A stretch of DNA of 14,173 bases, from NCBI GenBank assembly GCA_003345595.1, contig PRDI01000062.1:1-14173 (forward strand), written 5' to 3'. The notes below the pieces were generated by a model. It was not told where the DNA came from. It worked only from the letters and a program-made list of their open reading frames with translations, and did no database searches. The translations under genes and the position numbers were made by a program. Shown piece by piece: positions 7,719-14,173 of the stretch (positions are counted from its first letter, which is position 1; each line of letters starts with the position of its first letter). Origin of the DNA: Candidatus Thorarchaeota archaeon (lineage in GTDB: Archaea > Asgardarchaeota > Thorarchaeia > Thorarchaeales > Thorarchaeaceae).

Positions 7719-8043
7719 AGCTCTACAATCACGTCTCCTGGACTCATCTTCTCAGGTCATATTGACATTGGATGAATCATCCTTGGCTTTTCTCCGAATT
7801 GGTGATGAAGGCAGAAGGGCATTCTGGCTCATGTATGATTCATTCAGAGCCTTCCTTCATCGCCTCTTTATAATGAGTTGACGTACAGGAAACATGAGAT
7901 GGAAGAAACTGACAGCTGCAGGCAGTCGATAGAAAACCTCGATCTCTGCCAAAAGAGGCGGGTCCCACCCGCCCTTCCATCACCTCTCGCTTGTTGTTCA
8001 CCACAGATATAATATGGGCCTCTTTGCACCATCATAAGAGCTG

Positions 8044-8484
8044 ATGTGCATGGACAAGTGTTCAGTCTGTGGGAAACCGATTTCGCCTGCCTTTGCCGAG
8101 AGGCTCCGCAGTGTTTCCGCCGGCGGTCTGCTCATGTGCCGGGCATGCGCGATGAAGAAGATCAGGTCTGGCGACATGCCCTCTCTCCAGTGCAAGAGAT
8201 GCGACGGGCCGATTGAACCGGAGATTATGCGAAGAATCATTGCGGCTAGGAGGAGAGGAATCCCAGCTCCAATGCTCTGCAGAAACTGCTATTTGACTGT
8301 GAGGAGTCGTTCAGGGATTCCTGAGAAGCGCCTTCACGGAGGTGCACCACTTGAGGTCGAGGAATGGGCCTGCGTGAAGTGTGGTGCATCCCTTGAGCCC
8401 GAAGAAGTTGACGTAATCAAACATGGGCAGAGCATAGAGTGCCCGTACTGTGGAAGCACAATCACTCTAGACCTGTTCAGATGA
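8044..8484 (+). CDS. Triple zinc-ribbon protein
   Basis: Six CxxC motifs: CSVC/CRAC, CKRC/CRNC, CVKC/CPYC. TATA-like ATATAATA near 8007. The start may be 8050. Confidence 0.8.
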   Translation: MCMDKCSVCGKPISPAFAERLRSVSAGGLLMCRACAMKKIRSGDMPSLQCKRCDGPIEPEIMRRIIAARRRGIPAPMLCRNCYLTVRSRSGIPEKRLHGGAPLEVEEWACVKCGASLEPEEVDVIKHGQSIECPYCGSTITLDLFR

Positions 8485-8688
8485 TATGAAGTCCCAGCCT
8501 CAGACATGCAGGTCCCATTCGGGTATCGGAAGGCGCCTATCAAGGGGGAACCTCCGCCCTGTTTGTGAGATAGCTGGAGTGATTTACACACGGAGCTGGT
8601 GGGTTGTCCACAGCAGGAGTCGATGGTAGCAGCTCAGTTGGAGCTAGAAGTGGACGCCCACTGCTTGACAGGTACGTGGAGAAACGGT

Positions 8689-11313
8689 TCACTTCTTGTC
8701 CGTCTTATCCTTGAGCACTGCTTCGACTTTGCTCAGCCTATCCTTTAGCTCCTTGTTGTCTCTCTCAAGCGACTCGACACTCTTTCTCAGCGAGTCTATT
8801 TCAGTTGTGTCCTTCTTCTTGCTCAGAGCCCTGACTGCCTCTCTCGCATATCGGACAAGACGACCCTCAATCTCGGTGTCCGCCGCTCTCTCAAGTGCCG
8901 GTATCAGAGCAGCATCTCCGTAGGTCTTGGCTGCGCCCAGAGCATTCACGCGCACGCGGAATGACCTATCCCGCAAGAGCATCTCCAAGTCTGATTTCAC
9001 TTCTGGCTGTTCCTTCTTGTACCGTTTGCCAAGTCGGGCTAGGAGAGCTGGGATGATCCTCCTGATCTCATCGGGTATGCCCACTACAGAATACTTTCTT
9101 AGAATATCTATGACTTCTTCCTTCTCGGTTTCGACTAGGCCGTTCAGATATCCCTGCTGTACCAGGTGGTGCCAGCTCGGAGCCGCTTTCTCAAGACCTG
9201 CTCTGAGGACTTCGACTGCCTTGACATGCTGCGTCTTTCCTATCGAGGTCGCCGCGGCCGCTACGACGAAGTAGCTATCTTTGTCCTCGAGCATAGTATT
9301 GAGTGCTTCAAATGCCCTGTCACTCTGATAGAACTGGCCCAGTGCAGTGGCAACCGCTGTCCGCGCTCTCGTGTCCTTCTGTCCGACTGCTGTCAGGAGT
9401 TCATCCAGAGCCGATTCGCTCTTCACAGAACCCAGAACCTTTGCCACCTCAAACTGAACACCCCAGAAACTGTCTTCTCGAAGTGCTCTGCCCAATGCTT
9501 CCATAGCCCTTGGTGTTGTCTTCTTGGCAAGAGCCTGTGCAGCTCTGATTCTCTGGATGACATTCGAGCCATGATCTAACTGCTCAATCCACATTGGCTC
9601 AGGTTTCTCTATTGTGGCGTCCATCAGAACAGCATAGTCGGGGTCGACGATTATCTGCTTTGGTTTCTGCTTCACGGGATAGTAGAACGAATGTATGCGT
9701 TCCTTGACCTGCATGGTGCATCTTGTTCGACTGTCGTCGCTATTGACGAACTCGACTGTAAGGGGGAACCTGAAAGTTTCAGGGGTCATGTTGTCGCTTG
9801 TCTGAGTCTGTTCAATCTTGACCAGAGCATGACCGTTCTCCTCATCGTGAGAACAGCTTATCTTGCACTCGGGGTAGCCTGCCTTGTACAGCCATTGTTC
9901 AAAGAACCATCCGAAGTCCTCTCCTGTCATCTCAGTGAACAAGCTCTCGAGATCGTGCGTGTAGACTGAAGTATATGAGTGGCGCGTCAACCACTCGCCG
10001 AGTATCTTCCACCACCTATCTTCGCCAACGAGGTGCTTCAGCATGTAGTACCTCCATGCACCGCCCGGATAGAGATGTCTGTCGAAAACGTCGCCGCCTC
10101 GCTCCCATTCATTCTGGACGATTGGCCGGCGGTAGTTCTCCTTGTCCTCATCAAAGTATGCCGTCTGTTTGCCGTACTGCTCGTAGAGGTACTCATCATC
10201 ACCCTTGTCATGTCGTCTCCACTCGTTCTGCATCTGCGTGGCCCAGCCTTCATTGAGCCATCCGTGAGACCAAGTGCGGCAGGTCACGAGATCTCCACCC
10301 CACTGGTGAGAGAGTTCATGTGAAACGAGTCCGTCTGACTCGAAATCCAGGTGCGCCTTCGCGTCGTGCAGAGTCGCATCAGTCTGGGTCGTCGCACTTG
10401 CGTTCTCCATGCCACCGAAGATGAAGTTCGCGACTGCGACCTGTGCATACTTGTCCCATGGGAACTTGACGCCGAGCTTCTGTTCAAAGAACCTAATCAT
10501 CTGCGGTGTCTTACCAAAGGAGCGGTATACCGTTTCCCGGTCCCACTTCGGGTGAGCGTAGTAGCTGACCTCAAGCCCATCGAGGCTCTCCTTGTACTCG
10601 ACGAACTTAGACACTGCAACCGTCATCAGGTATGCAGGTATTGGTTTCTCATTGACCCAGTGGAATGTTTCCGTGTCATCATCGTTCTTTATCCTCTCCT
10701 TCAACACACCATTTGACATTGCATAGAATCCCTGTGGCACGGTCACTATGATTTCGACCGGGTGCTTGTGGCTCGGGTTGTCGTAGATTGGGATGACGTA
10801 ACGTGCATAATCATCCTGCAACTGAGTCCATGCGCTGGCTTCGATGTCAGGGAACTCTGGAGATGGGTTTGTGAAGTACAGGCCGCCCCTCGGATGATCA
10901 ATCGTGTAGCTGAACGTGAGTTCGTCCCTCTGGCCCTCTGTCAGGCGGTCTGCAAGATACACGACAAGGGTTTCGTCCTCTGGTCGCACATCCCATTCGA
11001 GTTCGTTTTCCTTCGAGTCTCTTACCCCGCTGATGTTCAGCTCGGCTGCATGCAGGACGAGTTGATTCAGTTCCGGCACTATGGACTTAATCTTCAGCTT
11101 GGAGATTGCATCGACATGCTCATGCTCAAGGTTCATTCTCCAGTCGATAGTCACACGCTCAATATCGTAGTGGCGCGGCGGCGCCCATTGAGGGCGAGCA
11201 GTGGCAAAGGTGAACTGCTCTCTGTCTATGGAGAGATACTTCTCGGCCCTGTGTAAATCGCCGCGCATGAGCGATTCTAGATAATCATGAAAGTCAGTCA
11301 TCTGGTTCTCCAC
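8689..11313 (-). CDS. M1-family zinc aminopeptidase with HEAT repeats and C-terminal coiled coil
   Basis: GGMEN exopeptidase motif, HELSH-x18-E zinc site, catalytic Tyr region (LYPGG), HEAT-like repeats, heptad tail LRKSVESLERDNKELKDRL. Confidence 0.92.
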   Translation of the reverse strand: MENQMTDFHDYLESLMRGDLHRAEKYLSIDREQFTFATARPQWAPPRHYDIERVTIDWRMNLEHEHVDAISKLKIKSIVPELNQLVLHAAELNISGVRDSKENELEWDVRPEDETLVVYLADRLTEGQRDELTFSYTIDHPRGGLYFTNPSPEFPDIEASAWTQLQDDYARYVIPIYDNPSHKHPVEIIVTVPQGFYAMSNGVLKERIKNDDDTETFHWVNEKPIPAYLMTVAVSKFVEYKESLDGLEVSYYAHPKWDRETVYRSFGKTPQMIRFFEQKLGVKFPWDKYAQVAVANFIFGGMENASATTQTDATLHDAKAHLDFESDGLVSHELSHQWGGDLVTCRTWSHGWLNEGWATQMQNEWRRHDKGDDEYLYEQYGKQTAYFDEDKENYRRPIVQNEWERGGDVFDRHLYPGGAWRYYMLKHLVGEDRWWKILGEWLTRHSYTSVYTHDLESLFTEMTGEDFGWFFEQWLYKAGYPECKISCSHDEENGHALVKIEQTQTSDNMTPETFRFPLTVEFVNSDDSRTRCTMQVKERIHSFYYPVKQKPKQIIVDPDYAVLMDATIEKPEPMWIEQLDHGSNVIQRIRAAQALAKKTTPRAMEALGRALREDSFWGVQFEVAKVLGSVKSESALDELLTAVGQKDTRARTAVATALGQFYQSDRAFEALNTMLEDKDSYFVVAAAATSIGKTQHVKAVEVLRAGLEKAAPSWHHLVQQGYLNGLVETEKEEVIDILRKYSVVGIPDEIRRIIPALLARLGKRYKKEQPEVKSDLEMLLRDRSFRVRVNALGAAKTYGDAALIPALERAADTEIEGRLVRYAREAVRALSKKKDTTEIDSLRKSVESLERDNKELKDRLSKVEAVLKDKTDKK

Positions 11314-11524
11314 CTTTGTGGTTCAGTATATTGCCCACTAAGAAACCTTCGAGGTAGGAGCTGGGGGCGGCCTAGATTCTGATAAACTCTGCCTTTCCGG
11401 AGGTATTGGTTGTCTGCGTGTGGTCTTCGAGAATGTGTATACCTTTGCACACGCAGCTGACCCAGATTGAAGGCCTGATATCGCTTATTTCACCGGAATC
11501 ACGGCCCCGAGAACAAAGTCCCTT

Positions 11525-11539
11525 GGAAAGCTTTTTATT
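11525..11539 (+). promoter_or_regulatory. BRE/TATA-like promoter for the 16S rRNA transcript
   Basis: GGAAAG-C-TTTTTATT upstream of the structured 5' spacer. Confidence 0.55.
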
Positions 11540-11860
11540 GAAACGTTTGGGGGGTATGTTTGCTTCGCGTCATACGGTGTCAGGTCTGATGCTGTTGGCT
11601 ACTGCCAAGCGATGATGACCGGTGCATTCCAAGCGCGATCAAATAATGCGGGCCGGAGATAGACCGGTGCGTGAGAGTGCCGGAATACCCTCGGGTCTAA
11701 GACATGCTCAACAGTGTGCAGGCTATAAGGGTAAGGTCTTTCAACTACCCCCGTAGGCCTGTACTTCTTCAAGCAATAGCTCAAGTGTGCAAAACGTGCG
11801 TGAAGGCCGAACACCAGTTCGGTATACCTTGCCGGTCATGCACGAGATCAGGATTAGCTA

Positions 11861-13392
<1,532 letters not shown>

Positions 13393-13659
13393 ACGTTTTA
13401 CCATCTTGAAGATGGTAAACAAGGCTCACCTGTCTTCGGACAGGTGGAGGTACAGGCGGGTAGATAGCGTACAAGGGGACTTGCCCTTCTTCACACTGTT
13501 GAGCACCCTTTCATTCTCTTTTCGATGGATACTGCTTCAGTCAGTATCAGGAATGCTTTCTTTGTGCAATCAGCTTATGTGATCTTTCTGACGCTTACGC
13601 AATGACTCGTTGAGTCCATGCTCTTAGTGAAAGGTCTACGTGTACCGACCCCAATCCCT

Positions 13660-13968
13660 TCACTCTGAGATTTTCTTCTCATTTTCAAGCTGATGTTGGC
13701 TTACTCTCTCAATCGCCTGAAATACTTCGTCTATCTTCTTCTGAGAAAGAATCGTTCTGATCGCATCAAGTTCGAGCCGGTTTCTTATTATGACCCCTAT
13801 CTTATTGATTGGATTTCCGCTCTTGTCAACCGGATTGATCTCAACAGCCAAATAGGTTGGTTCATTCTTTGATTGAGGTATCTTTCTGATGAATATCCCG
13901 GGCTCAGTGGTCCTCATCCGTTCGAATTTTCTTCCGTGCTTGAGCATATCTCTCAGTGATTCTTCCAT
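13660..13968 (-). CDS. Small archaeal hypothetical protein
   Basis: 102-aa ORF with GGTGA SD. PGIFIRKIP..LAVEINPVD..G resembles an archaeal hypothetical family as I recall it; not verified by search. Confidence 0.75.
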   Translation of the reverse strand: MEESLRDMLKHGRKFERMRTTEPGIFIRKIPQSKNEPTYLAVEINPVDKSGNPINKIGVIIRNRLELDAIRTILSQKKIDEVFQAIERVSQHQLENEKKISE

Positions 13969-14077
13969 TCAAATCACCCAATCATTTTAGTCATGAGGTC
14001 GATTTTGTTGGTAGTGGAGCGGTCGCAGCGCCGCTTTCCGCCTGAGTTTTCGAACAGTTTTCAGATTCCGATGCTGA

Positions 14078-14173
14078 CTATGTCTTAGACTCGATTGCCG
14101 AGACAATATCTCCGTAGAGCCGGTGAATGAAAACCTTGTCGAATTCATACTCTTCATTCAACATAGCATCTAG
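14078..14173 (-). CDS. 3' end of a CDS running off the window (..LDAMLNEEYEFDKVFIHRLYGDIVSAIESKT*)
   Basis: Open frame from the window edge to TAG at 14078-14080 with protein-like composition. Too short to assign. Confidence 0.5.
   Translation of the reverse strand, partial: LDAMLNEEYEFDKVFIHRLYGDIVSAIESKT

Noticed and set aside
8482-8750. Selenocysteine/TGA readthrough of the zinc-ribbon gene
   Set aside because: The frame continues through two TGA codons, but the TGA is not in a redox or CxxC context, the extension has no motif and runs into the aminopeptidase gene, and I could not identify a SECIS.
8696-11256. Plus-strand and alternate-frame ORFs within the aminopeptidase gene
   Set aside because: Shadow frames.

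Overview
Archaeal chromosomal window; an Asgard/Thorarchaeia-like origin is plausible but is my inference only. Protein genes: alpha/beta hydrolase, two wHTH regulators, pyrH, valS, two tandem OsmC-family genes, a multi-pass membrane protein, a triple zinc-ribbon protein, an M1 aminopeptidase with HEAT repeats, and a small hypothetical protein. RNA genes: tRNA-Leu(CAA) with an intron, tRNA-Ala(CGC), and a stand-alone, strongly divergent 16S rRNA with no 23S following. Two things stand out. (1) An operon of three tandem, related, translationally coupled 35-40 aa micro-ORFs (149-504) that the ORF track misses, with a TATA box, a perfect upstream palindrome and a terminator-like hairpin. (2) A 30-nt ORF-less bulge-helix-bulge intron in the 16S rRNA after E. 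coli position 908. The 16S flanks also show a long processing stem and a C/D-type kink-turn.
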